A stretch of 64,000 bases of DNA from a virus (lineage: Duplodnaviria > Heunggongvirae > Uroviricota > Caudoviricetes). Below are positions 28,011 to 37,488 of this stretch, in pieces; the first letter of the stretch is position 1; the number at the start of each line of letters is the position of its first letter. The stretch is taken from IMG/VR virus record IMGVR_UViG_3300042486_001111; one strand, written 5' to 3'. Both the position numbers and the translations under genes were made by a program. The notes below the pieces were generated by a model, which made no database searches, was not told where the DNA came from, and worked only from the letters and a program-made list of their open reading frames with translations.

Positions 28011-28448
28011 TTAATCAATCACATCGGTTAAATACTGACCAGGTCCTAATTTAACTTTATAAAGATTTTGCCCATCTTGTGATCCCATTGCATCCATCTC
28101 ATCCATCCAGTCATCCCAATTTTTATCCAATAAAGATACAAATGCGTCATTATTACCTCTTTCTTTATATCGTTGGATGTACTCATCTTTTAATGATCTA
28201 TCAGGGTAAACCAATACGAAAGGTATTTCCCTTTTAACTAAAGCATCTCTTACATCTTTATGTGAAGATACTAAAATTTTATCCACATTTGGATCTTTAA
28301 TATTTCTCTCAATATGTTCAATGTAGTTATCAGGAAAGTGTTTTTTATCAAACTTTGAACTATCACTGTCTAATACATTTTTTTCTGTGGTGTTAAAATA
28401 AGTTGTCTTCCCAACACCAGGGAACGCAGAATAAACTTTTGTTTTCAT
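28011..28448 (-). CDS. small P-loop NTPase/kinase-like protein
   Basis: Walker A YSAFPGVGKTT. Confidence 0.5.
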   Translation of the reverse strand: MKTKVYSAFPGVGKTTYFNTTEKNVLDSDSSKFDKKHFPDNYIEHIERNIKDPNVDKILVSSHKDVRDALVKREIPFVLVYPDRSLKDEYIQRYKERGNNDAFVSLLDKNWDDWMDEMDAMGSQDGQNLYKVKLGPGQYLTDVID

Positions 28449-28486
28449 ATTTTTATATTATTTTAATCAGTTTGGGAAATATCATC

Positions 28487-29023
28487 TCAAGAATATGTAC
28501 CTGTTGTGTTAGTAGTATAATTGATGTTACCCGTACCTTGTTTTTTAGGGTTAGGTACCATTTTATTACCCATAACACATCCACATATGCCACTACCTCC
28601 GTTTGATGGGTTACAAGAACAGATAGTCCCATACGGTACTTCGTCAGGTAACCTACCCAAATGATCCTCAATAGGTTTAGTGCCACAAGGTATTGTTAAT
28701 ATATCACCAAAAGGGTACTTTGGTGTTTGTGTCTCATTTACCTTTTCGTATGTTTGGTGGAACACGTCTTCTTTACAAGGATAGTATTCACCTTTCACAC
28801 CTTTTATAATGTAATCCCCAATAGTTGCAACGTGTTCACCTTCCATTGTTTTGATGATTAGTCCACCATCAATTCTACTATGATCAATGTAAAAATGATC
28901 ACCATTTACTGACATAGTTTCATTAACAAATGTATCCGATGTTAGGAAATCAAACATTTCCCTATGATTCGTACCAGTCCATTGGACTGCATCTATTATT
29001 ACAGGTTTTTTTCTATATTTCAT
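28487..29023 (-). CDS. hypothetical protein with C-terminal Cys cluster (CSCNPSNGGSGICGC)
   Basis: Intact ORF; the overlapping 28453..28686 ORF is rejected. Confidence 0.5.
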   Translation of the reverse strand: MKYRKKPVIIDAVQWTGTNHREMFDFLTSDTFVNETMSVNGDHFYIDHSRIDGGLIIKTMEGEHVATIGDYIIKGVKGEYYPCKEDVFHQTYEKVNETQTPKYPFGDILTIPCGTKPIEDHLGRLPDEVPYGTICSCNPSNGGSGICGCVMGNKMVPNPKKQGTGNINYTTNTTGTYS

Positions 29024-29025
29024 TA

Positions 29026-29289
29026 CTATATTTTTTTAAATTCTTTTTCTAACAAACTTAATTCCTCTTTAAGTTTAAGTTCTTCTTTATTTAACATACC
29101 GCTGATTGAGTCTTTATCGTAAATATATAATTCACCTGTCATTCCAGTAGACATCTTAGAGATATTATAGTTTACAGTTACCTTAATACCACAAGTTTGT
29201 TGTGACCTCTCTAACTGAGATATCCTATGTTGTAATTTCTCTATTTTAGAGTGTAAATCCTTCGCAATATTAAATTTCTCAATATTCAT
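29026..29289 (-). CDS. coiled-coil protein (87 aa)
   Basis: Heptad-like sequence. Confidence 0.4.
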   Translation of the reverse strand: MNIEKFNIAKDLHSKIEKLQHRISQLERSQQTCGIKVTVNYNISKMSTGMTGELYIYDKDSISGMLNKEELKLKEELSLLEKEFKKI

Positions 29290-29506
29290 TTATCTTATCA
29301 TTTAATTCGTTTATTTTACTATCCACATAATTTTGGATTTCATCTAATGATGTTAAGAACTTATTCCTAAGTTCATGAAACTTTTCGTCTTTAATCTCTT
29401 CGAAACTAGAGTAATGTTTAAAACAATAATCAATACCTTCATTATCCATTCGGTACCGAACCATTTGCCAGTCTTCTAATTCTTGATATAACTCATTGCT
29501 TTCCAT
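29279..29506 (-). CDS. hypothetical protein (75 aa), first gene after a consensus promoter
   Basis: Directly downstream of TTGACA-17-TATATT. Confidence 0.45.
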   Translation of the reverse strand: MESNELYQELEDWQMVRYRMDNEGIDYCFKHYSSFEEIKDEKFHELRNKFLTSLDEIQNYVDSKINELNDKINEY

Positions 29507-29512
29507 ACGACA

Positions 29513-29541
29513 AATATAGAGATTATATTTAACAATGTCAA
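29513..29541 (-). promoter_or_regulatory. sigma70-like promoter TTGACAttgt-17-TATATT, 6 nt before ATG
   Basis: Minus strand reads TTTGACATTGTTAAATATAATCTCTATATTTGTCGTATG. Confidence 0.5.
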
Positions 29542-29542
29542 A

Positions 29543-29570
29543 TAAAAAAACCCACTTTTGGTGGGTTTTT
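29543..29570. terminator. bidirectional intrinsic terminator (cccac-tttt-gtggg + T5)
   Basis: aaaaaaacccacttttggtgggttttt. Confidence 0.55.
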
Positions 29571-29575
29571 CGTAT

Positions 29576-30394
29576 TTATTTTTTCTTTGATTTTTCATTC
29601 TCCTCAACAAATTCTTCAGGTATCTTAGTGTCCTTTAAAAATTTATTATGTGATGCCTTATAAGATTTTTGTGTTTCATCATCAGCATTTTGTGTATATT
29701 GCCAATTCCAATATAAGTCTTCATTCACTTTAAAACCATAATAATGGTGAACACCCTTTTGTGTTTCAATTACATTTGCACCATTCCAATTCTGTCCAAC
29801 ACATATATACCCAGACTCAATGTCTTTAATAAGATTTGATTCACCTAACGTAGTATGTCTATTTTGAATCCAAGTTAATCTTTCGATTAGATTTTGGTAG
29901 TACATATTTGTTTGTCCCCATCTAACAGATGAAAAGAATACAACTGCGTCAGACTCAAACAATTCCTTACTGATTTTCCAAAGTTCATCAGACGGTTCGT
30001 TAATATTGACCCAACATCTGTGATGTCCTGATGGGTTTTTTGTTTTATCTTTAAGTAATGCCTTTAATAATCCACAAGAGTTACCTTCTGATCTGGAAAC
30101 ATTACCTTCACAAGGTAATATTTTTAATTCCGTAACATCAATAAAAGTTGCCTTATCCCCTAATTCTTCCTGTATGTACATTGCCAACAATTTAGATTTA
30201 GGTATATCAATATTTTTAGGATCAAACTGATATCTATTAGAACAAGATAGTATTAAAACCTTATCTTTTTCTTTTAAAACCTCAATAGTCTTCTTTAATT
30301 TTTTAAAGGTGTCACTCATACCGAATTTTTCCGATTCAGTAATCACACCCATGATAGATTTAATACGACTTATTTCTTCATTTAAGTTACCCAT
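29576..30394 (-). CDS. leader family C protein with flavodoxin-like/NADPH-dependent FMN reductase-like fold (tentative)
   Basis: MGNLNEEISRIKSIMGVITESE leader; KVLILSCSNR...AVVFFSSVRW pattern resembles a flavoprotein fold. Confidence 0.45.
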   Translation of the reverse strand: MGNLNEEISRIKSIMGVITESEKFGMSDTFKKLKKTIEVLKEKDKVLILSCSNRYQFDPKNIDIPKSKLLAMYIQEELGDKATFIDVTELKILPCEGNVSRSEGNSCGLLKALLKDKTKNPSGHHRCWVNINEPSDELWKISKELFESDAVVFFSSVRWGQTNMYYQNLIERLTWIQNRHTTLGESNLIKDIESGYICVGQNWNGANVIETQKGVHHYYGFKVNEDLYWNWQYTQNADDETQKSYKASHNKFLKDTKIPEEFVEENEKSKKK

Positions 30395-30397
30395 ACA

Positions 30398-30928
30398 TTA
30401 ACTATATATTATATCACTTAGTTTAGACTTAGACGCCTTTATTATTTCACCTTGCCCATTCGGTCTCAATTGACTCATTTGTTTGGCGGTTGACATTGAG
30501 TATCTATTTTCATTTTCAAACCATTGCCCATCCTTAAATACAAATATTGGGTACCAATTATATGAATATACTACATACGTCTTACCAACGTATTCTGCAT
30601 GTGTATTACTACCTTTAAACGGTATTTTACTAGAAACTAAATCTCTAGCACTACTATTTGCAGATTTAATTTTTTTAGTGGTATTAACGGTTCTATTCAA
30701 ATCACCATATTCGATGTCACTTTTAAAATTGTTAAGGAATAGTTGGTACATCTCAAATGCTTCCATACCACTTAAGGTGAAATTACTATTTAAAAATTTT
30801 ATAACTTTAACGTAATCCGTAGAAGGGACAAAACCTTCTTTTTTAAGGGTGCTGATAATATATCTATCAAACTTATCTTTCTTATTGTCAACAGTTTCCT
30901 TTAATATTTTTTTAATTGTATTTTTCAT
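30398..30928 (-). CDS. leader family B protein (MKNTIKKILKETVDN...)
   Basis: Conserved leader. Confidence 0.55.
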   Translation of the reverse strand: MKNTIKKILKETVDNKKDKFDRYIISTLKKEGFVPSTDYVKVIKFLNSNFTLSGMEAFEMYQLFLNNFKSDIEYGDLNRTVNTTKKIKSANSSARDLVSSKIPFKGSNTHAEYVGKTYVVYSYNWYPIFVFKDGQWFENENRYSMSTAKQMSQLRPNGQGEIIKASKSKLSDIIYS

Positions 30929-30943
30929 AACTTTTATGCTATA

Positions 30944-31429
30944 TTAACCACCCCATTCATTTTTACAGTAATTTTTTAATCCGTCTGTTCTACCTATTTT
31001 AATTACCGCACCTGACTGTTCTTTACTATAAACCTTATTAGATTCCCATTTTTTTACTAAATCATTTTTCTCATCTTTAGTCAATTTAATTTCATCATAT
31101 AAACTAATAGCATTTACTGGTTCGGCAACCACATTACCTTTCACTCTTTGGACTAATTTTTTTATACCCTGAGCAAAATCTCCACCACCCATATAAAATG
31201 GTTTTTCAACCTTAACACACCCTAATCTATTTTTATTATCTTTTAACCAACCACCAGAAACTTTTATTACGGTATCACCATAAACCATAAAATTTTTATC
31301 ACCTTCATCTTCATTGTCAGTAACATTTTCAGTTTCTTCAGTATCTGTTTCAACATCAGATTTAACTTCAGAGGACTCAAATAACATTAACTTTTTGATT
31401 CTGTCTATTTCTTCATTTAAATTTTCCAT
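30944..31429 (-). CDS. leader family C protein (MENLNEEIDRIKKLMLFESSE...)
   Basis: Conserved leader. Confidence 0.55.
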   Translation of the reverse strand: MENLNEEIDRIKKLMLFESSEVKSDVETDTEETENVTDNEDEGDKNFMVYGDTVIKVSGGWLKDNKNRLGCVKVEKPFYMGGGDFAQGIKKLVQRVKGNVVAEPVNAISLYDEIKLTKDEKNDLVKKWESNKVYSKEQSGAVIKIGRTDGLKNYCKNEWGG

Positions 31430-31525
31430 ATATAAAATATCTTACTACATATAAATACTACACAAAAATAAAAAATCCACACTTTCGTATGGATTTAATT
31501 AAGTTTATATGAGGTATTTTTTATT

Positions 31526-32455
31526 TTAATTCTTTATATTTAAGAAAGTTCCTGATCCACCAGCCATAGTAGTCGGTAGCGCACCATTCCAAGCAGATGC
31601 CTTAACAAACTCAACGTATAAAGGAGTCAATTCCTTTTGTTTAATCTTCATTGCGAGTGCTGCTGCGTTTGCATTGATGATAGTTTTTGCGGAGTCACCT
31701 CTAGCAATTGCCATCTTTTCTTGTGCCTCTGCTTGTGCCACTAATGTTCTTTGTTGTGCGGCTTGTGCCTCTTGTACTGCCTTAGTTTTACCCTCAATAG
31801 CCTGTTGTAAAGATGTTGGTGGAATAATATTAGTTCTTAATTGGGACACTAAAAACCACTGCTCCACTCTCTTATTACACTCTGCCACAATTGCAGCTTC
31901 AAACTGTTCTCTCTGATTAAAAATGGCATCTACTTCCCATCTGTTTGCCACATCATTAACTGAAGATACAATTGCATTTTTCAACCAACCTTGTTCAATT
32001 GCTTTGGTTTCCAATCTTAGATTAACAAACATATCTCCAATAGCATCCTCTCTCAAAGAATAGTTAAAGGATGGTTTAATCGTCGCAGCAAACCCACCTT
32101 TTGTGATAACAGTTTGTTCATCGTATTCGATGTGTTGTTGGTATAGGGGGAATTCTTTAACTTGCTCAGTCCAAGAGTTATACATTACCCATCCTGTTTT
32201 ATACTGATAGTCTGATACACCTCTTTGTCCACCAGTTAGGTTTATCTTTAAACCTTTATAACCTGTATCAACCCTTTCAATAGTGAAAGGTTGTACTAAC
32301 GCAATGATAATGGATAGTAATAAAATACCTATTGGTTTAAGTAACCATTTGAGTTGAAACTCATTCCATTTACCACCAGTCATTTGATTTTTTGTTTTGT
32401 ATGCAGTAAACCCTGCAAATAATAATCCTAAAATAAAAATACTAAGTCCAATCAT
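31526..32455 (-). CDS. SPFH/band-7 (prohibitin/HflK-like) membrane protein
   Basis: N-terminal TM segment followed by an SPFH-like core and a C-terminal Ala/Gln-rich helix (QAAQQRTLVAQAEAQEKMAIARG). Confidence 0.65.
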   Translation of the reverse strand: MIGLSIFILGLLFAGFTAYKTKNQMTGGKWNEFQLKWLLKPIGILLLSIIIALVQPFTIERVDTGYKGLKINLTGGQRGVSDYQYKTGWVMYNSWTEQVKEFPLYQQHIEYDEQTVITKGGFAATIKPSFNYSLREDAIGDMFVNLRLETKAIEQGWLKNAIVSSVNDVANRWEVDAIFNQREQFEAAIVAECNKRVEQWFLVSQLRTNIIPPTSLQQAIEGKTKAVQEAQAAQQRTLVAQAEAQEKMAIARGDSAKTIINANAAALAMKIKQKELTPLYVEFVKASAWNGALPTTMAGGSGTFLNIKN

Positions 32456-32646
32456 TTTTCTTCTTTTTTGTTTTTAAATAATACATTAATTGTTTCGTCT
32501 CCTAAAAATATTAGGGTAATAACCAACAGTGCGAAACCTAAAAGTTGGATAAACCCATTTACCTCTCTACTTACGATGTACTCACCGTATAATGATGTCA
32601 TTACCATAAACCCAAACCACATCAATAAAATTTTAAAATATTTCAT
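32452..32646 (-). CDS. small 2-TM membrane protein paired with the SPFH gene
   Basis: ATGA overlap with the SPFH gene; hydrophobic. Confidence 0.45.
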   Translation of the reverse strand: MKYFKILLMWFGFMVMTSLYGEYIVSREVNGFIQLLGFALLVITLIFLGDETINVLFKNKKEEK

Positions 32647-32705
32647 ATAAACTTTTTAGTGGTACAAATATAGTATTTTATTTTCATAAAAACAAATAAT
32701 TAAGC

Positions 32706-32738
32706 AAAAAAAAATCCATATAGAATTCTATATGGATT
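32706..32738 (-). terminator. intrinsic terminator (atccatatag-aatt-ctatatggat 10-bp hairpin + T9 on minus strand)
   Basis: Seen directly. Confidence 0.6.
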
Positions 32739-32759
32739 AAAAATATTATTTTTTATTTT

Positions 32760-32930
32760 TTTAAGATGCCTTATACTTGTCTATGACTGACCATACGAAA
32801 CCAACCGCAGTCATCAATCCACCAGTAACTTCAGTAACAATCGCCTCATCGAAATAACCCAACATAATTACTGCACCACCCACAGATGTCAATATGTGTC
32901 TGATAAGTCCTAAAATTTGTTCTTTACTCA
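32760..32930 (-). CDS. small membrane protein (56 aa; MSKEQILGLIRHILTSVGGAVIMLGYF...), holin-like?
   Basis: Not in the ORF track (below 60 aa). ATG at 32928-32930, stop at 32760-32762; two hydrophobic segments. Confidence 0.35.
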
Positions 32931-32977
32931 TAATATAAAGTTTTTATAGTTTGTTATTATAATATAAATATAACATA

Positions 32978-33238
32978 CTATTGTTTTTCGCTATAAAATT
33001 TACAACTATCAACCCAAACAGGATCAAAATCTAATGGCCAATTAGCCCAACCATTACTAATACCGTTTGGGTTAAGTTCTACTAAATCCTTTTCATCCGC
33101 AGTTAATCTAACTTGATGTGTAGATAGTAACAACTCCAACATAGACGAATTTTCAGTGTTGGTTTGGGATATCACTTTACAAGAAGAATGTGCACTACCA
33201 ATTACACCACCTCTGAATTTACAATTATAACAATCCAT
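32978..33238 (-). CDS. Cys-containing small protein (86 aa)
   Basis: Intact ORF. Confidence 0.4.
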   Translation of the reverse strand: MDCYNCKFRGGVIGSAHSSCKVISQTNTENSSMLELLLSTHQVRLTADEKDLVELNPNGISNGWANWPLDFDPVWVDSCKFYSEKQ

Positions 33239-33244
33239 ATATAT

Positions 33245-33484
33245 TTAAAGATCATCAACACACCATATAGGTGTTTTATCACCCACATAACTACCCCTAA
33301 CATTAAAGTCAAAAAATTCTACCGCCTCTTCTTCGTTCATATCTCTACATAGTATTTGTATACACTTACTGACTGAGTAAATTAACCTCATTTCATTAGT
33401 TTCAATACCTATGATTGCCTCATCGAAACCATCCGCCTTAAGAATATCTTCTTCAGGAAACCATTCTAAAATTTTATCTAACAT
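33245..33484 (-). CDS. hypothetical protein (79 aa)
   Basis: Intact ORF. Confidence 0.4.
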   Translation of the reverse strand: MLDKILEWFPEEDILKADGFDEAIIGIETNEMRLIYSVSKCIQILCRDMNEEEAVEFFDFNVRGSYVGDKTPIWCVDDL

Positions 33485-33487
33485 ATT

Positions 33488-33613
33488 TTACTTTGTTTTA
33501 TTAGACTTTAACTCTGTTACATTACTCTTACCATATGCATCACATTCAGTTTTTTTTGTAGACGCGCAAGAACACAATAAAAGTATCCCTACAATGATTA
33601 ACATTTTATTCAT
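33488..33613 (-). CDS. putative small lipoprotein (MNKMLIIVGILLLCSCASTKK..., 41 aa)
   Basis: Not in the track. Signal peptide plus lipobox-like LLLCSC; coordinates +/-1. Confidence 0.3.
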   Translation of the reverse strand: MNKMLIIVGILLLCSCASTKKTECDAYGKSNVTELKSNKTK

Positions 33614-34118
33614 ATATTTTAGTTTTTAATTTGTTTTGTATTCTCTTAGTTGCCTTATGTAAATTAGATTTAGATGTACCTTCACAAATACCCAATTTTT
33701 TTGAGATGTCTTTATGTGACATATTTTCTATGTGATAACATTTAAAAACTAAATTATACATAGGACTCAATTTTTCAATTTCTTCATCAATATCTGTCAA
33801 CATATCTTGTTTACAATCTACCTCATCAATAGTATCAAAGTGTAAATTGTCATCATACTCATAAGTATATTTTTTCTTTCTTAAATGATCTAAGGCACAA
33901 TTTCTAAAAATCTTATATAGATAACCGTTTAAATTTTTTACATCTATTGGTGTATCAATTAATTTAAATATTTTTATAAATCCTTGTTGGACAACTTCAT
34001 CCCTATCAAATTCATCTTTAATATATCTTTTAACAGTATCGTACCCTAAAATTTTATATGATTCATAGAATTTAGATTGGGATAGAGTATTACTGTTAAT
34101 GAGATTTAAATTATCCAT
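33606..34118 (-). CDS. sigma-70 family (ECF-like) RNA polymerase sigma factor
   Basis: Region-2-like FIKIFKLID...YLYKIFRNCALDHLRKKK and region-4 HTH ISKKLGICEGTSKSNLHKATKRIQNKL. Confidence 0.6.
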   Translation of the reverse strand: MDNLNLINSNTLSQSKFYESYKILGYDTVKRYIKDEFDRDEVVQQGFIKIFKLIDTPIDVKNLNGYLYKIFRNCALDHLRKKKYTYEYDDNLHFDTIDEVDCKQDMLTDIDEEIEKLSPMYNLVFKCYHIENMSHKDISKKLGICEGTSKSNLHKATKRIQNKLKTKIYE

Positions 34119-34177
34119 ATTTTTTTTAACAAATATACAACATTATATTCTAAAAAACAAATGAGTTTTTAAAAATA

Positions 34178-34585
34178 TTACTTAATTGGGGTTTCTATCA
34201 TACTATCGATTCTTCTTCTAGCCTTTTCACCTAATGGTATAGGGTTACCACCTTCATCTATTTGAACAAATGTTATGTTAGTTTTAAGAACTAAATCTTG
34301 TTTACCTGTGTAAACGTTATGTGCTCTAGCCTCCATATATAGTGTCATAGATGTGGTACCAACCTTCATAGGTTTAGCGTATATTTTTAGTAGTTGACTT
34401 TCCTTTGCAGGCCTCTCAAAATTACATTGATCAATACTTACTGTAACCATTCTGGGTGTATCACATAACTGCATCGAGTAACCTGCAGCAGAAGCATCAA
34501 TCCAAGCAAGTAATTTACCACCAAACAGATTACCGTGAAACCCTAAATCTGATTTTTTAATTGGGTGAGTGTTAAGAATTTCCAT
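34178..34585 (-). CDS. hotdog-fold acyl-CoA thioesterase (YciA-like)
   Basis: GGKLLAWIDASAAGYSMQLCDTPRMVTVSIDQCNFERPA. Confidence 0.6.
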   Translation of the reverse strand: MEILNTHPIKKSDLGFHGNLFGGKLLAWIDASAAGYSMQLCDTPRMVTVSIDQCNFERPAKESQLLKIYAKPMKVGTTSMTLYMEARAHNVYTGKQDLVLKTNITFVQIDEGGNPIPLGEKARRRIDSMIETPIK

Positions 34586-35153
34586 ATTTTTCTTTCATTT
34601 TTTTATAATGTGTTCTACAAACTGGTAAGTAAGAATCATTACCACCTATCATAACTTTATTACCATCAAAAACAGGTATGTCATTATTAAGTCTCATATT
34701 CATAGAGGCTTTACTACCATATTTGCATACTGTTTTTAATTCCTCAATTTCATCTGCCCAAGTCATAAGATAAATTGATCCTTCGAATGGCTCCGCTTTA
34801 AAATCTGACCTCAAACCGTATGTGATAACATCACACTCCAACTCATCCACAATTTTAGTTAATTGCCACACCTGATCTTTAGTTAAGAACTGTGATTCGT
34901 CAATCAACACACAATCACAACCATAACAGTTTTCTGTTACAAATTGGAATATGTTAGTAGTCTCATCAAAAACGTGTGCCTCTCTACTTATTCCTACACG
35001 AGACGCAACTTTTTTAGTTCCATGTCTATTATCTAAACAAGACGTGAAAAGAATTACATTTTTTTCTCTCTCATCATAGTTATATGCAGTTTTCAATAAG
35101 TCTAATGATTTACCAGCACCCATTGTTGAGTACCTAAAATATAATTTTGCCAT
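34572..35153 (-). CDS. tdk: thymidine kinase
   Basis: MAKLYFRYSTMGAGKS...LFTS...DESQFL... and a C-terminal Cys pair; classic TK1 family. Confidence 0.85.
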   Translation of the reverse strand: MAKLYFRYSTMGAGKSLDLLKTAYNYDEREKNVILFTSCLDNRHGTKKVASRVGISREAHVFDETTNIFQFVTENCYGCDCVLIDESQFLTKDQVWQLTKIVDELECDVITYGLRSDFKAEPFEGSIYLMTWADEIEELKTVCKYGSKASMNMRLNNDIPVFDGNKVMIGGNDSYLPVCRTHYKKMKEKYGNS

Positions 35154-35203
35154 CTACAATTTTATTACAATTATAGATATTTATTTTTATAAAATAAAGT
35201 ATT

Positions 35204-36031
35204 TTGGGAATAGATTATATAGATATAGTAAAAAAAAGTGGGTTCGAAAGACTGTTTGAAAAATTATCTGATTTATTGGTAGATAGGTATACTTCTTTAG
35301 ATGGTGAAGATTTTATAAATTTTTGTTTTCGTGATGGTAGTTGTCACAGAACATCTATAAACGTTAGTCAGAATTATTTACAAAATATATTAAGGTACGA
35401 TTCGAAGAGGTTGATAACCGCATCTCATAAATTACCCTCATTGGTGTTTGATAGTTTAAGAAAAGAATATAATGTACCTAACGATAATAATGGGGAATTG
35501 TTAACTATTTTTATGATATACTATTTTTTCCCTAAATTATATAAAAAATATTATGAACCTTTTATTAGTGATAGCCCAATAAATGAAACTATGGAATCTA
35601 ATGTTAGTAAATATAAATTATCTAAAAATGATATTAGTAAACTAATGAAAGATTATGACTATATGGGTTATGATGTAGATTACGCTATTGATGAATTAAT
35701 AGAATTAGTTTCTTATCTAAATAATTTAAAATCCCCTTTAATCTTATATAGGATAATTTGTTCCGATTCTGAAGAAGAAATAAATTTGTCAAAGGTGGGT
35801 TCACACTATTCTTTAAATAAAAACAATCTTAAGAATAATCATTATAGAAAAGGTAGTATCGCAGGTGACTGTAGAGGGGAAAAGGTTTTCTTATTAACTG
35901 TATCTGCAGAAAAATTAATGGTAAATGTTATGGAAACATTATCAAACAATATATTGTACCCACATGAAGAAGAGATTACCCTTAAAAATAAAGGTATGGG
36001 TGTGAAAATAATTAAGGTAGAGGAGTTATAA
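35204..36031 (+). CDS. hypothetical protein (275 aa), plus-strand island
   Basis: Intact ORF; convergent 6-nt overlap with 36026..36415. Confidence 0.45.
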   Translation: MGIDYIDIVKKSGFERLFEKLSDLLVDRYTSLDGEDFINFCFRDGSCHRTSINVSQNYLQNILRYDSKRLITASHKLPSLVFDSLRKEYNVPNDNNGELLTIFMIYYFFPKLYKKYYEPFISDSPINETMESNVSKYKLSKNDISKLMKDYDYMGYDVDYAIDELIELVSYLNNLKSPLILYRIICSDSEEEINLSKVGSHYSLNKNNLKNNHYRKGSIAGDCRGEKVFLLTVSAEKLMVNVMETLSNNILYPHEEEITLKNKGMGVKIIKVEEL

Positions 36032-36415
36032 TTTTTCCCAAGTACCGTTATTTAATAATAAATAGGAACCGACATAACTTTGTTTCCATTCACTAGGTGG
36101 TATAATACTTAAAAATTTACTCCCATTTTTTCTTTCGTATAGATGATAAGTTTCCCCAACTATTGGTTGGAAGTTGTAATCTGATTCATAGACTAATTTT
36201 GTATCAACATATTTACTGACTAATGTTTCGTATTCTTTTTTTAATTCGTTTAGTCTACTATTAAAATATTTATCAGCCTTTACCCCTTCACTTTTATCGA
36301 CAATAATGGGATCAAACTTTTGTGATCCCACTGTTGTCGGATAGTTCTTTAAATTGGCGTCGAATTTACCAGTCTCTTCATTATAAACTATATTGTCAGG
36401 ATATTTTTTTATCAC
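36026..36415 (-). CDS. hypothetical protein (129 aa)
   Basis: Intact ORF; ATGA overlap with the downstream gene. Confidence 0.45.
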   Translation of the reverse strand: MIKKYPDNIVYNEETGKFDANLKNYPTTVGSQKFDPIIVDKSEGVKADKYFNSRLNELKKEYETLVSKYVDTKLVYESDYNFQPIVGETYHLYERKNGSKFLSIIPPSEWKQSYVGSYLLLNNGTWEKL

Positions 36416-37488
36416 AATAAATGTGCTTTAGATTCAGCCATACCCGAAGGTGTGATTTCCACAGTTTCCGATTTTAAATGGAAATTCTTTATGTTGTTAG
36501 AACCACTATAGGACAACGCTGATTTAATACCATCAGTTAATTTCTCTATTATGATATCGACACTACCTTTATAAGGTATTAATGTTGACTCACCCTCTAC
36601 GTGTTTTGTTGATTGACCGTGAGATGATTTAGTTTCTAAACTAGCAGAACCTCTATATTTTTTACATAAAAGTCCATCACCCTTTGTAATAATTTTACCT
36701 GGCGATTCTTTGGTACCAGCCAATAGTGAACCTAACATTACACAATCTGCACCGATTGATAATGCCTTTGCAATATCACCACTACTTCTAATACCACCAT
36801 CCGCCATAACAGGAACTTTAGAACCTTTTACACAATCAATGATAGACGTTACATTTGGTACTCCGTGTCCTGTTTGAATTCTGGTGGTACACAAACTACC
36901 ACCACCAATACCAACTCTTAATCCATCCGCACCCCATTCACATAAATCAATTGCGGACTCCTCCGTTGATATGTTTCCAGCAATAATGTCTATTCTTTCA
37001 GGTAAAACCTCCCTAAGTTTTTGAATCATATTTTTAACATTTTTGTGGTGTCCGTGTGCAACATCAATTAAAATTATATTTGCACCACACTTAACCAAAC
37101 TCTCCGCCCTACTAACATCTGATTCACTAACACCTACGGCAGCCATAACAGGTATGTCCTGTATCTCTGCGTGCCAATTATCGTACATAACACCCCAATT
37201 TTCATGCATATGGTTTGTAGTTATGTATTCCATAACCTTCCCTACTTGTTCACATTGCTCCTCAACAGTCATAAAACGGTGTATACATCCAACACCACCA
37301 AACTCAACCATTTTGATTGCCATCCTATATTCACATACAGTGTCCATACAAGATGCAACATAAGGTTTTAAGATACCATATCTTCTACTGACTAATGTTG
37401 ATAAATCAATACTGTTTCTTGTTTCTATTTCCGAGTACTTAGGTACTAACAGAATATCATCGTAAGTTAATGCTCTCTTCATTTTCAT
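36412..37488 (-). CDS. GMP reductase / IMP dehydrogenase family protein (no CBS insert, GuaC-like)
   Basis: ALTYDDILLVPKYSEI...GGVGCIHRF...GIGGGSLCTTR active-site loop. Confidence 0.8.
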   Translation of the reverse strand: MKMKRALTYDDILLVPKYSEIETRNSIDLSTLVSRRYGILKPYVASCMDTVCEYRMAIKMVEFGGVGCIHRFMTVEEQCEQVGKVMEYITTNHMHENWGVMYDNWHAEIQDIPVMAAVGVSESDVSRAESLVKCGANIILIDVAHGHHKNVKNMIQKLREVLPERIDIIAGNISTEESAIDLCEWGADGLRVGIGGGSLCTTRIQTGHGVPNVTSIIDCVKGSKVPVMADGGIRSSGDIAKALSIGADCVMLGSLLAGTKESPGKIITKGDGLLCKKYRGSASLETKSSHGQSTKHVEGESTLIPYKGSVDIIIEKLTDGIKSALSYSGSNNIKNFHLKSETVEITPSGMAESKAHLL

